Part shown: piece after piece, positions 25,385-37,700 of the stretch
Position numbering within the stretch: position 1 is the first letter of the stretch
Layout: each line of letters opens with the position of its first letter
Assembly (NCBI RefSeq): GCF_963921235.1
Contig: NC_086118.1
Location: 16,680,001 to 16,744,000, forward strand
Length of the DNA stretch: 64,000 bases
Direction: 5' to 3'
Origin: Mobula hypostoma
Taxonomy: Eukaryota
Notes under the pieces: model-generated
The model's database searches: none
Told to the model about the DNA's origin: nothing
What the model saw: only the letters and a program-made list of their open reading frames with translations
Translations under genes and position numbers: made by a program

Positions 25385-25770
25385 TAGAGGGGAGATCTGA
25401 CAGAAGTTTACAAAATTTTGAGGGGTATAGATAGGGTAAATGTAAGCAGGCTTTTTCCGTTGAGGTTAGGTGAGACTAGAGCTAAAAGTCATAGGTTGAG
25501 GGTGAGGGTCAGAGGTGAAATATTTAAGGGGAACAAGAGGGGGAATTTCTTTACTCAGCGGGTGGTCAGATTGTGGAACGAGCTGCCAGTGGACGTGTCG
25601 GATGTGGGTTTGATTTCAGCATTTAAGAGAGGTTTGGAAAGGTACTTGGATGGGAGGGGCATGGTCCATATGCAGATTGATGGGACTAAGCAGAATAATA
25701 GTTTGGCATGGACTAGATGGGCCAAAGGGCCTGATTCCGTGCTGTAGTGCTTGATGACTCTATGATTCTA
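25385..25770 (+). mobile_element. CR1 3' fragment
   Basis: MRGIDRVNVSRLFPL...FFTQRVVRLWNELP and a ctctatgattcta tail. Confidence 0.85.
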
Positions 25771-26462
25771 TCCCCTCAGCAACTGACCTGTCAAGTACTC
25801 CCAAGATCTGATATGTTCAATTTGATTATCAACGAGGAAAGGCTCAGATTTACTCTCCTTTAAATATCAGCTACTTGTGTTCCCAGATGCACCAAGCCCA
25901 ACTTCCTCTCAGTTGTCTCTCTCCATGGAACTCATCTGAATAAGGAGACAGAAACTATGTCCATTATCCCAGGTATTGTTTCGCTGATGCTCTACGCACA
26001 AGCAGAAGGCCTTCCCTACGTTTACCCCTTGCAAGGAAGGGCAACATTCTATTTGCCTTCTTAATTACTTGGTGTATTTATATGTTAACTTTCTACACAT
26101 GTCTCTGAAATAAAGATTTGGAAAATCTGCAAATAATTCAGACAGCATGCACAGAGATCTAATTTTCCTAGGATATTGCAGTATGAAAGATAGCAGCATA
26201 ACTGACCCTTGCCTCCTCATCATATTCCCACGATGGCATTAGTTTAAAACATTTACTCTTCTGCTCAATTAACCAAAAAGAAATCTGAAAATCCTATACC
26301 CTTTTCGTCACAATGCACGGTATAGTGTGTGGAAACATTGAATGAAAACAACCTTCACAGTTCAGTAGTTCTTACCAATGAGTTCGCCATGTGCTCAACT
26401 CTTTCCTGCTGTGCCATTATCCAGCCACCAGTGGGAGTCGATAACAATGGAATCACAACACA

Positions 26463-27113
26463 CACTCAGTGGCCACTTTATTAGGTAAACCTGTGCAACT
26501 GCTCATGAATGCAAAGATCTAATCGGTCAATCATGTGGCAGCAACTCAATGCATAAAAGCAGGCAGGTATGGTCAAGAGACATACATCAAAGTTGCTGGT
26601 GAACGCAGCAGGCCAAGCAGCATCTATAGGAAGAGGCGCAGTCGACGTTTCAGGCCGAGACCCTTCGTCAGGCATGGTCAAGAGGTTCAGTTGTTGTTCA
26701 GACCAAACATAAGAATGGGGAAGAAATGTGATCTAAGTGACTTTGATCATGGAATGATTGTTGGTGCCAAAGACAGACTGATTTGAGTATCTCACAAACT
26801 GCTGAGCTCCGGGATTTTCATGCACAATAATCTCTAGAATTTACAGAGAATGGTGCAGAAAACAAAAAGCATCCAGAGAGCAGCAGTTCCGTGGGACAGA
26901 GGTCTGAGGAGAATGGCTAGATTAGTCCAAGCTGACAGAAAGATGACAGTAACTCAAATGACCACACGTTATAACAGTGGTGCACAGAAGAGCATCTCTG
27001 AATGCACAACGCATTGAACCTTGAAGTGGATGGGCTACAGCAGCAGAAGACCATAAATATGCAGAAATATACTCAGTGGCCACTCAGGTTACCCAATAAA
27101 GTGACCTCTGATG
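26463..27113 (+). mobile_element. Non-autonomous Tc1-like DNA transposon
   Basis: TIR cactcagtggccactttattaggta; transposase N-terminus MGKKCDLSDFDHGMIVGA...WMGYSSRRP; no DDE domain. Confidence 0.85.
26580..26673 (-). mobile_element. Mini Penelope pLTR insertion with an intact hammerhead core, nested in the Tc1 element
   Basis: TSD atggtcaagag (26569-26579, 26674-26684); minus strand CTGACGA AGG gtctcgg CCT GAAA C GTC. Confidence 0.85.
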
Positions 27114-27409
27114 TATATTAAACTGACCTCTCATAAACCCATGGTTTGTACACCTTGAAAGCAGAGAAACCAACATATCCAGGTTTATCCACAGAAATAA
27201 CAACCTGAAAGAGTACTGACAAATTATCGAGATTTCCTGTTATCTGCAGACTCAATCCTTGCTCTTCAGTTGATTCTGTTATTCACAGGGTGTCCATTCA
27301 GGCTATATGCAGATTACTTTTGTTGGACTCCACTAACCCAGTAAAACATTCACCTACATCAACTAATTCTATTTGCTAAGCATGAAGTGATGGGATTTAT
27401 CTAAAGCAT

Positions 27410-28335
27410 CAATTATATACTTAGTCGATGACTATTTCTATTGGTAATTTAGATGAAGGTAGCCAAGATATAGTTCATGACAGATAGCACAAAGGTAGGT
27501 TGGAAAGTAGTTTGTAAAAATGTCTAAGAGAGGTTTCAGAAGTTTGAAGTAGCAAAGAACTAGGAAGTGGGGAATAAGGTGGAGAAATTTGAAACTCTTA
27601 ATTTTGGCAGAAAAGTCTACCTAAATGTTTAGAGCCTGCATAACTCTGAGGTGTAGAGGGATCTGGGTGATCTCATGCACGTTTTACAAAAGGCAAGGCT
27701 AGTATGCAAGCCTTGACCACTCTGGTCAGCATGTAAACAAGTAAGATCACAGAATGTTACTGTTTGTTGTTAGGAGAAATAAATACAAAGTAGGGAAGCT
27801 ATGCTTCAGTTATAACAAAACATTTGTAAGAGCTTATTGGAAATACCATGTCAAGTATTTGTCTCCTTATGTAAGAAAAGGTGTTAATGCATTTGACACA
27901 GTTCAGATAAAGTTTCCTAGAGCAGGCTGAATGTCTTATGAGAAAGGTTTTAACAGGCTAAGTTTCAATCCATAGAATTTAGAAGAATGAGAGGTGATTT
28001 GAATGAAACACATGATCTAGGCAGGTTATGACAGGGTTGAGCAGAGAGAATATTTCTTCCTGTCAGAGAACCTAGGACTAGGGGTCAGTATAAAAAAATG
28101 AAGAGTTGCCCATTTAAGATAAAGCTGAAGTGATTTTTCTTTTCTCTCAGTGTATATTTGGATCTCTCTTCCACTGCAGTGGAGCCAAGTCATTTGACAT
28201 TTTAAGGCAGATATAGACAGCGATTTGATAAGGGAGGGAAACGTAAATAGAAGGCAAAAATAGATTGCAGTCAAATCAGCCATAATGCTATGAAATGGAC
28301 AATGGACAAATGTCCTGCTTCAGCTAATAATTAGT
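27410..28335 (+). mobile_element. Old, highly degenerate CR1 3' half
   Basis: Residual gatagcacaaaggtaggt (DDTK-like), agagggatctgggt, agaagaatgagaggtgatttg, and a CR1-like 3' UTR. Confidence 0.6.
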
Positions 28336-29577
28336 ATGGTAATATGCTTTACTGTCATCTACGCCACTATTTTCAGACTGTGTTACCTACAGTAGTCTGC
28401 AGAAGAATGTCTTCCGATGTGCTGTATGAAGATAATGCTGACCCAAATATATTCGCTCAGCTCTCATCTGGTCCTAATTCCTCACTCCACACCTGGCTCT
28501 CAGATGGAGAACACCACATGCCAGTGAATGTGGAATGCTGTGCAATCCTCAACACAACTGTTTTCTATGATGCTTCGGCAAACATTGCGGTCTTGCCTTC
28601 CCAACAGCCCCCACCCCCGCCTCATAATACAATTTCTTGGATCCTTAGGTAAACTAACAATAGGACTGGGTCTGTTAAAATTAATCATAAATATTGGGGA
28701 CTACAGTTGGTTTTACTATTGGCTTGTGAACTCTGCGTGTTAGGATTATTGAATCCCTCTAATAACACCTACATTATAGGAATATCCTGTGCTGTAACAT
28801 TGCTGTGTTCAGTTAAAGAAACTCAATGGTGTTACATGTCATCCAGGCATATCTGTAAATAGTTTCAAAGTCTGGCAATAAAAACAAGAGTAACGCCACT
28901 ATTGCAGCAAGTGGAAAAATCAATGTTAACTCACGTCATGAAGACTGAGTAAGTGGACAGTGTCTCCAAACTGTCCAATTAACCAGTCATGCCTGGAAAC
29001 ATTTTTTTTGTTTATTAATGTTAAAATTTATTGCCAGTGTACTTAGGCAATAGTACATTAGACACATAGATCACTGTCAATGTTAGTTGGGGACTCGAGA
29101 TCCGCAGCAGTTTTATCATGCACATTTCTCCAACTCCAGAGCCACACAGTACAGATGTGGGAGTATGCCTTTAAGATGACATCACTGGCACAGAGAGAAG
29201 ACTGGTTACGTGGTCTTGGTCACACCCTTGTGATGCCACTCAAGCTAACTGCCAATCTCCTGCGGAAGCCCAGTAAGAATAACTAAAGGCAAGTGCTTAC
29301 AAGTAACCAGCATCTTGTATCTCACGAGATCTGGCATGATGTCTTTTAATCCTGAAATATTTTGACACACGTTGGGTGTGATTTCCTCCTCAACCCCCTC
29401 CTAATTTCTAAATCACGGTGCATGCAAAACTGGAGGGTAGAAGTCAAAGTCACATGATGCCACAACACATGTAAGGCTAAAGAATATTACTGTTTACTCC
29501 TTCCCAACACCAAAATGCAGTCATAATTACTTTATCTGACAACTTGATGCTGCAACATTAAGAGCTAGATTAAAGAG

Positions 29578-29895
29578 AAGATAAAGATTAGTTTTGTTTG
29601 TCATAGGTACAGCAAAATACGCCGCTTGTGTCGCATGAAATCAGTGAGAATTGTGCTGGGAGCAACCAGCAAGTGTTGCCATGCTTTCAGCACCAATAGA
29701 GCATGCTCACGCCTAAACTGCACTTCTTTGGAATGCGAGAGGAAACCGGAGCATCCGGAGGTAGGAATTTGACAGGGTCGCGGGGAGAACGTACAGACTC
29801 CTTCCGAACTTCAGTCAGAGACATTGCAAAGCTGTTTTGCTCCTGTGTAAAACAATTGCGACACTACTGTGCCTCCCCTCTATGCTACCGTGCCA
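29578..29895 (-). mobile_element. tRNA-derived SINE
   Basis: ggggagaacgtacagactcc is the reverse complement of the SINE core; 5' end gctaccgtgccatcc; tail taaagattag. Confidence 0.6.
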
Positions 29896-31362
29896 TCCTA
29901 CACGATTACTGAGCTTAATGCCCCAAATGCAGGCAGAAATAGGGACATTGATAGGCTCTTGATTAGTAAGGGCATCGAAGGTTAGAGCGGGGTTGAGAGG
30001 GAAAATAAATCAGCCATGATTGAATGGCAGAGCATGCTTGATGAGATAAATGGCTTAATTCTGCTCTATCTCAGAATAAACCCACACAGTCACAGGGAGA
30101 ACTTGCAAACTCCATACGGAGAGCATCAGAGGTAAAGATTGATGCTAGGTCGCTGGAGCTGTGAAAGAGCAGTTCTTCCAGCAGTGGTGTAATCTGTCTG
30201 AAACCCACAGTGCTCATGAAGACATAATTTATACCCTAAACTGTACAAACAAAAATAAAAACACAGCTCTTAATTGTAGATTTATACACCCACATAATAA
30301 ACCAGGAGAGTTCACACCTCAAGTAAATATCTGGAAGCAATGTTGAATGTACCCAATTAAACAGCATGTGCTGCGTGTAAAACTTGTTGCCTTCTGATAA
30401 CTACATGTTGAAAATTACTTTAGATTGAGTAATGTTCCTAAATGAGTTATCCATTATGGAAGAGAAACTGCCTACATGTTAACACCAGCCCTTTGGCTAA
30501 TTCTTACAGTAAGCTGTTTGTTCTTCATATGACTAGAGAGGCAGGATCTTGCACAAGTCTGAATCCACATTTATATTGTTGAGAGTAGCTATCCATTCTT
30601 CACTTATATACAGAGTTGGTATTTTACTAACAGTGTGCAGATGACCATCAACCAGAATCCGACCTTTAAAAGCTTAGCAAAACACTGTTGTTAATATCAA
30701 TGAAGTGGGATGCAAGACAGACATCTTCAGATGTTTGACTTTTCATCATGGCTGCATTCTACAACAGCAGATTACTTGAAAACCACCTGTTACTGCAGCA
30801 CAAACTTTCAACAATATATTGTTAGCTGAGTGTCGTATTTACTTTTATCTGACCTTTTCCACTTCAGGGTCAGTGTAACCAACTGCAAACCAAATGCACA
30901 ATCTCAGCTTCCACAGCTGCTACCTCCATCTATAAATATCCAATTGCGCTTTCATGATTCCAACCTTTTTTTTCCAAAGGACTATTGCACAGTATTTGGA
31001 AAAAGGTCATAACTGACAGTCCAGAACAACTGTTCTACGATAACCCTGACTGGTCTGACGCAAGGGCAATGACATTCCAGTGGGATGGACTAAAATTTGA
31101 GGACTTTGAAAAATGTAGCTGAGTGACGCTAGCACAGACCACGGAAATTATTCCCTTGTTGGAGGAAATGACATTACAGCTAGATAAGTGACATAAGCTG
31201 AATGTGGATGAGAAGGCACATGACAATGAAGTGGAATGAACAAGGGCCACACCAGATACTACATGTCTTTCTTAACTATTTCTCAGGAGCTATAAATTGA
31301 GCTAGAGTAACACTGTGATTTTGCCTTTTTGTTAATGTGAGATAAGTAAGTAAGGATTATAC

Positions 31363-31940
31363 TAGAGTCATAGAAAAGTACAGCACAGAAACAGGCTCTT
31401 TGGCCCATCAAGTCCATGCCAAACCACTTCAGTTGCCTACTCCCATCAACCTGCACAGGGCCCACAGCCCTTCGTACACTTACCATCAATGTATCTGTCT
31501 AAACTTCTTTTAAATCAAGCTCGCATGCACCACTTGCACTGGTAGCTTGTTCTGCACTCTCACAACCTGCTGAGAGATGTAGTTACCCCTCATGTTCCTC
31601 TTAAACTCCTTAACCTATGACTTCTAGTTGTAGTTCCACCCAACATCAGTGGAAAAAGCCTGTTTTCATTTACCCTATCTATACCATAATTTTGTATACC
31701 TCTATCAATTCTCCCTTCAATCTTCTATGTTCCAACGAATAAAGTCCTAATCTATTCAAACTTTCCCTATAACTCAGGTCCTTCAGTCCTGGCAACATCC
31801 TTGTAAATTTTCTCTGCACTCTTTCCACCTTATTTACATCTTCCCTGTATGTAGGTGACTAAAACTGCACACAATACACAAAATTAGGCTCCACTAATGT
31901 CTTCAACATAACATCCCATCTCCTGTATTCAATACTCTGA
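31363..31940 (-). mobile_element. CR1 3' fragment
   Basis: Tail agagtcatagaaaagtacagcacagaaacagg and degenerate RT C-terminus. Confidence 0.8.
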
Positions 31941-32284
31941 TCTATATATTCTCAATGATATTCGGAGATCCAAAAAAAAAAGGCTGTCTAAAAAGAAGGG
32001 AGAAAGACAAATTTGGTTGCAGGCACTAACGATAAATACACAGGTCAGAGTCGAGTTAAACTTCACGCTTCACATTTAGTTCTTTTCACTTCGCAGAGCA
32101 GAATGTGTGGATATAAATAATAAATGACAGCGAATAGCTGCACTCATGCTTCACGGTAGTAACCAAAAACAGATTTTTCTGCCAATCTGTTTACCACTTC
32201 TTCAAAGCAAAGAAGTGCATCAGCAGACCGAAAGTCGATGATCTAGAGGCAACATTTAAATCTGAGACATAAATCAAAACATAT

Positions 32285-32765
32285 AGAAGATTGAGGGGAG
32301 ATTTGATAGAGGCATACAGAATTATGAGGGATATAGACAGGGTGAATACAAGCAGGATTTTTTCCTTGGAGGTTGGGTCAGACTACAACTAGAGGTTAAG
32401 GGTGAAACGTGAAAAGTTTAAGGGGAACGTGAAGGGAAATTTCTTCACTCAGACAGTCATGAGAGTGTGGAATAAATTGCCAGTGTATGTGAGCTTGATT
32501 TCAACATTTAAGCAACACACACACAAATTGCTGGAGGAACTGAGCAGGCCAGCAACATCTATGGAAAAAAGTACAGTGCACGTTCCGGGCGAGGACCCTT
32601 CAGCGGGATTTAGGAGATGTTTGGATAGGTACATGGATGGTAGGCGAATGAAGGGCTAAGGTCCCAGTGCAAATCGATGGGAGCAGGCAGTTTAAATGGT
32701 TTCACATGGACTAGATGGGCTGAAGGGCCAGTTTTTGTGCTGTACTTTTCTGTGACTCTGTGACT
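32285..32765 (+). mobile_element. CR1 3' fragment containing a ~95-bp degenerate pLTR insertion (32513-32607)
   Basis: FKGNVKGNFFTQTVMRVWNKLP and (ctgtgact) tail; internal acacacacaaattgctggaggaactgagcagg...ggacccttcagcgg flanked by atttaag/atttagg. Confidence 0.8.
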
Positions 32766-35700
32766 GTCAAATACACGCCAAATGTACCAGAGAAACAATG
32801 CAAGTGGGTTTTCAGGACTTGGTTCTGAGGCTTCCTGCCAAAGCAGTGGTGGAAAATTGGGAGAACCTTAATATTAACCACTGCAAACTATTCAAATTCT
32901 TTTATCTAGTCTCCTAATTTGAAAATTATACTAAAGGAGTTGATGTGGTGAAATAAAAGATCTAATAGTTTGCTTTACAGACAAGATGCATTTTAAATAA
33001 GCTACAGCATACTGTTTACTAAGTATGCTGGAACGAACCAATGCTGCCTGATGTTCCTGTATATCTTGTTCTTCAGGGCTTTGTTAGCACTCTAAGACAA
33101 GAAAAATCTGTTTTGAAACTGTTCCTCTGAATTTTCTTCACTGCTGTTTCAGGTTATGTTGGCATCTGTATTTAATTCTGTGTTTATATCAAAGTAAGAT
33201 CAGCCTGGAACACATTGATTTGGACACGGAGTTCACCTTTACATATCACAACAACAACAGAAGGGAGATTCACGGTGATGGCAATAGTTTCGGTGTTGAT
33301 CACAATCTTCAGATGTTGCAGAACTATCTTTTCTAAAAAGAAGCGTCATCTTCACCAGGAACCTTGCAGCTCTGGTGCTGTCCTTTACTGGAACATCACT
33401 ACTTCAGCTGAACGCAAGCATTGTTAGTTTTCGGCCGCATTCACGCTTTGCAGTATTCCAGCTGGCAGCCAGGTGGGAATGGAGAGTCTATGATTTAGCT
33501 GTTTGAATCGCCCCTCCTGCTGGTTGCTAATGGAAGAGTGACTGTTGAGACCCCAGCAGATCCAGGTCCCTGGTGCCAACAGAACCAACAGCTGGGAGCA
33601 GAAACAGAGCTAAAAATGCAATTGCCCAACCTGTCCCAAACTGTTCGATAGCAATCACACCTCGTCATTGAAATATGTATACAAACCTGACTGAAAGTTA
33701 TTATGTCAGTGAATTACTCCTTTTGGCTTTTATATAAAGTTCAGTGTAGCTGTTTAAATAAATAAATGCTTTTGGCAGCAAAGTGCTGCACTTAAGCCTT
33801 TATAGGTGTACCTGATACTCTAGCTGATGCCAGTGTGTCTCTTCCAACTTATATTCCATCGAAAAGTGCCAAGAATAAACCCAGAGCTTCATTACATCCT
33901 TCAATTAATCTATATGAGAGGCTGCTCCTGTCTCTCTACTGTACTCACTTTAACTGACTCCACTCCCTTATGTAGCACATCACTCAGTCTATATTAATCC
34001 ATAGTTTGCACTATGTTCTGTGAAAGATGGGTTTATGGATTTGGTAAAGTACTGCTTATGAATGCCTTTTGACAGTGGTATCAAATGTTCATATATGTAC
34101 ATTTACAGAGACAGTGAACAAGGTTCAAAATACCCTATTAAAACATAATAACTTTATCAAAAGCAGAATTAAGTAGGTAATTTGTAATGAAATATGAATT
34201 GTATGATCTAATAATAATACAAATGTAACCCTGTATTGTGTTTAAATATAGCCTGGACTTTAAAACTAAAAGATATCTTGGGGTAAATATGATAAACAAA
34301 AAACAGGTGCAAAAGTCACGATGCAGGTTTAACCTTCACCCACCGCTTCTGTACAAGGATGCTTCATGCTGTCTGCTAATTACCATGATTAACGTTATAA
34401 CCAGCAGTTAACTGATCTCACAACACTACTGGATCATCATAAAACATTGTCTGATTTATTGAAATCTGTCACTCTTGCTAAGTGTAACTTTATGTGATGG
34501 AGTTATGGACTAGAGTGACTGAATCCTATAATAGCTAGCAAGCATTCAGTTAATCACATTATCACAGCAGAAAATGTCTAAAACCACACAGTATTGATAA
34601 ATGCACTGAATTTAGTCAATGCAAACTCATCCCAGGCCTTGCTGGCATTGTAAAGTTCTCTCCACCAACATAGGGGAGTAGTGTCCAATTTGTGAGAACT
34701 GTGTCACATACTTTGAGCAACATGCTTGCAGTCAAAGAATCATATTTTACAGATAATATGCTGGACTCCTTCATCACAATATTGTCCCATAAAAAAAAAC
34801 AAACCCACCCAAGTGGGCAAGGCATTGGGGGCACGGAGGGAGGCACGAGGAGATAGCCTCCAAGTATCCCAACATTGATGCAAGAGCCCATGAAAGTCTG
34901 TGGACAAACAAACTTGCCACTTATCATGGCATCTCAGCTGATAAATCAGCACGCCTCCATGTTGAACAGTACAACAAGGACTGAAAGAAGCAATAGAACA
35001 GGGTGTATTCTGGGTGAAGAACTTCAGGTAATTCAAAATCTTTGCAATTCTTAACTGAATAACTATCCATGAAAGGCTCAGTCCCATAAATGCAAAGTAT
35101 GCCCGAACGCAGCTGGGTTGAGTACAATTCAGAAATTTCTCTGTTTGACGAGCATGAAGTAAAAGTGTACCTTTGCCAATTTTAATGCAGTCATTCACAT
35201 CAGAGATTAAAAGTCAGACAATAATTTGAGTATTTATACATCTTCCCTGGTTTATTCATTTACCTGCTGCTTGGTATCTCTTAGCAATACACTGCTAAAA
35301 GATGGATCAAATGGCTACTGCTCTTGGTTTCAGCGTATATGTTAACTTTACATTGATTTGCAAAATTTTTTTATTCAAACATCCAATATTAACCTATTTG
35401 CCACTCACTTTCTTTTCTTTAGCTTTGGTGCTGCCTTACACTGCTAAGCGTGGTTTTCACATAAGAGGGTAAATGAAGGTCTTAACTGGTTTCTCAGGGA
35501 GTATCAAAAAATCATAAGCAACTATGTTGATGAACAGGTTAATTATCCTTGATAACTTGATCAAAGTTTATCGCTGCATCAACACCATGAAATGAAACAG
35601 AATTATGTGTTTCATATCACATAGTTCTTTGTGGAAGTTTGCTGTGTATAGATCAGCTGTATTCTTCCTACTTTACAACAGCGATAGTACTTCGAAAGTA

Positions 35701-37430
35701 CTTCATTGCTATAAGCACTCTGGGATGTTCAGAATTGCAAATGGTGTTATTAAATGCACGTCTATCTGTCTTTCCCTCTTTGTCTCCTTTACCTGCAGTG
35801 CTTAGTACTAACTTTCAATCATACAGCAATATTTCAATCTATTACACTGCTTTTTTTAAATAAGGAAACCCAAACTTAACTTATTCTCAACAAAGTACAA
35901 GAGAAATGCCAGCTGTTAGTCACACCAGCCTCAACTATGTACGTCTGGAATGGGAGAAAAAGTGCAAGATGTCAAAATAGACAGCATGACATTTTTCCTT
36001 GATTTACCTAATCTATTATTAATCTACTAGAATCTAGTTTTCTTCTGAAGTGGCCCCTTGTTTAAAAGGTTCCAACTTGCTCAAAAACATTGTGTGCTCC
36101 CAAAAGTTTATTTAAATACTGCATTATATGTTCATGAAGCTGTAGAATGCGTTCACCTAGCTTTGAGAGTCTTTCATTAAATGCTTTTAAAATGACTTGC
36201 TTTTTGCTTGTGTTTTGGAGCGAACTCTATCTGGAGATTATGTTAATGCTCATCCCTTATATAATGAACTGTCCATGCAGCCACTGACATTCTTTTTGTC
36301 TTTTGCCAGGTTAAGTCACTGCAATGAGAAATCTATTTGTCAGAGATTTCATTACCTGTCAATTTATCTTATTGTTATAATTAACAAACAGTACCAACCT
36401 GAAGCTTCAGAATTATTCACAAGAGTACCACAGCTTACACAGCTTTAATAAAGTAAACATAACCTGCTTACAAGGTTAGGTTAGTCTGCCAAAATTTGAT
36501 GACCATCATTCCCACATTACAACCAATGTTCCAAAAACCAGCACCGAACATAAGGTGAACTCACAGAGAGGTGAAAGAAGATGAGATTTTAGCGTTAAAT
36601 ATTTTGGATCTATTTCAAAAAGTCTGACCAGCTTTTGAAACATCCATCCTGGCAGCTACTTGAGAGAACTGGAAGAGGAATGAAAACCTTTCAACTTTTT
36701 ATTAGAGCAATGTGTGTCCACTGAGATTCACACAGCTCTTGAGTACGGATGGACATAGCATGGTACTGGTGCCATCTCCTGGCTCTCTAGTTAATTTATA
36801 GTAAGGAAGCCTCTTTCAACTGGCAACATTACAGATTGCAGATTTCTTAATTAGATAATAAGCTGCACTGAAAGTTCATTTATTAAATAATTCGTATAGA
36901 AAATTTTTGTTTTAAGTTAAATATCAAATAATATTTTCTTATATTTTAAAGTTCCCACTATTTCTTCAGTTTTTTTGTTCATCAGTTCTGAGCAGGTAAG
37001 CTTTGCAAAAGCTTATCTACTAAAGGAGGAACAGAAGAGGAGCCAGGCAGAAATTTTCATTAGAAATAGCAACCTAGCCTCAGTTTAACACTTCCAGATG
37101 CAGGGCTGAAATCAGAAACTCAGTAAATCAGATGAACCCACCTACAGCAGTGCTGCACACTAGGTCAAAAGTTAGCTATGGCATAAGTAATTTCATTAGA
37201 ATTTCCATCACTTCGGCTCTCCCAATGATAGGAATAAAGACAAGAGCTTCATCTTTTTTGATTAAATCAACAAACCTTTGAATGGGTATTTTGATTTAAT
37301 CAAAAAAGACTCTAGATCTCCTACTTCACTGTTTGCTTGATCATTACTGTACTCCCTATTCACACATATCTTTCCAAAGAGGGAGATGAGCTAAAAAAGA
37401 AATCCTCCTGAGCATGAATCAAACCAAGCA

Positions 37431-37700
37431 ATTCATAAATTGTCCAAATCTAAGACTGCATAAATGGTCTCTTACAAATGTAGCAGTTCCCAAATGGTCT
37501 CTTACAAATGTAGCAGTTCACAAACAGTCTATTACAAATCTAGCATGACATATATGGTCCATTACAAATCTAATACATCATGTACCCTCTATTACCAATG
37601 AAACACTGCACAAATGGCCCATTATAAATTTACCATTGTCCAACAGTTCTTTTGCAAGTTCAACACTGCACAAGTAATCCATTACAAACCTAATGCAGGC
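37431..37700. repeat. Degenerate 30-bp minisatellite, about 9 units
   Basis: Consensus about caaatggtctattacaaatctagcactgca; units in register at 37461, 37491, 37521 ... 37671. Confidence 0.85.

Noticed and set aside
26370..26430. Minus-strand MAQQERVEHMANSL followed by a GTAAGA donor
   Set aside because: The donor is phase 0, incompatible with the phase-1 RPEL exon, and I recognise no homology.
33235..33335. Minus-strand ATG ACG CTT CTT (MTLL...) resembling the myocardin/BSAC alternative first exon
   Set aside because: Similarity ends after four residues and the frame hits TAA before any phase-1 donor.
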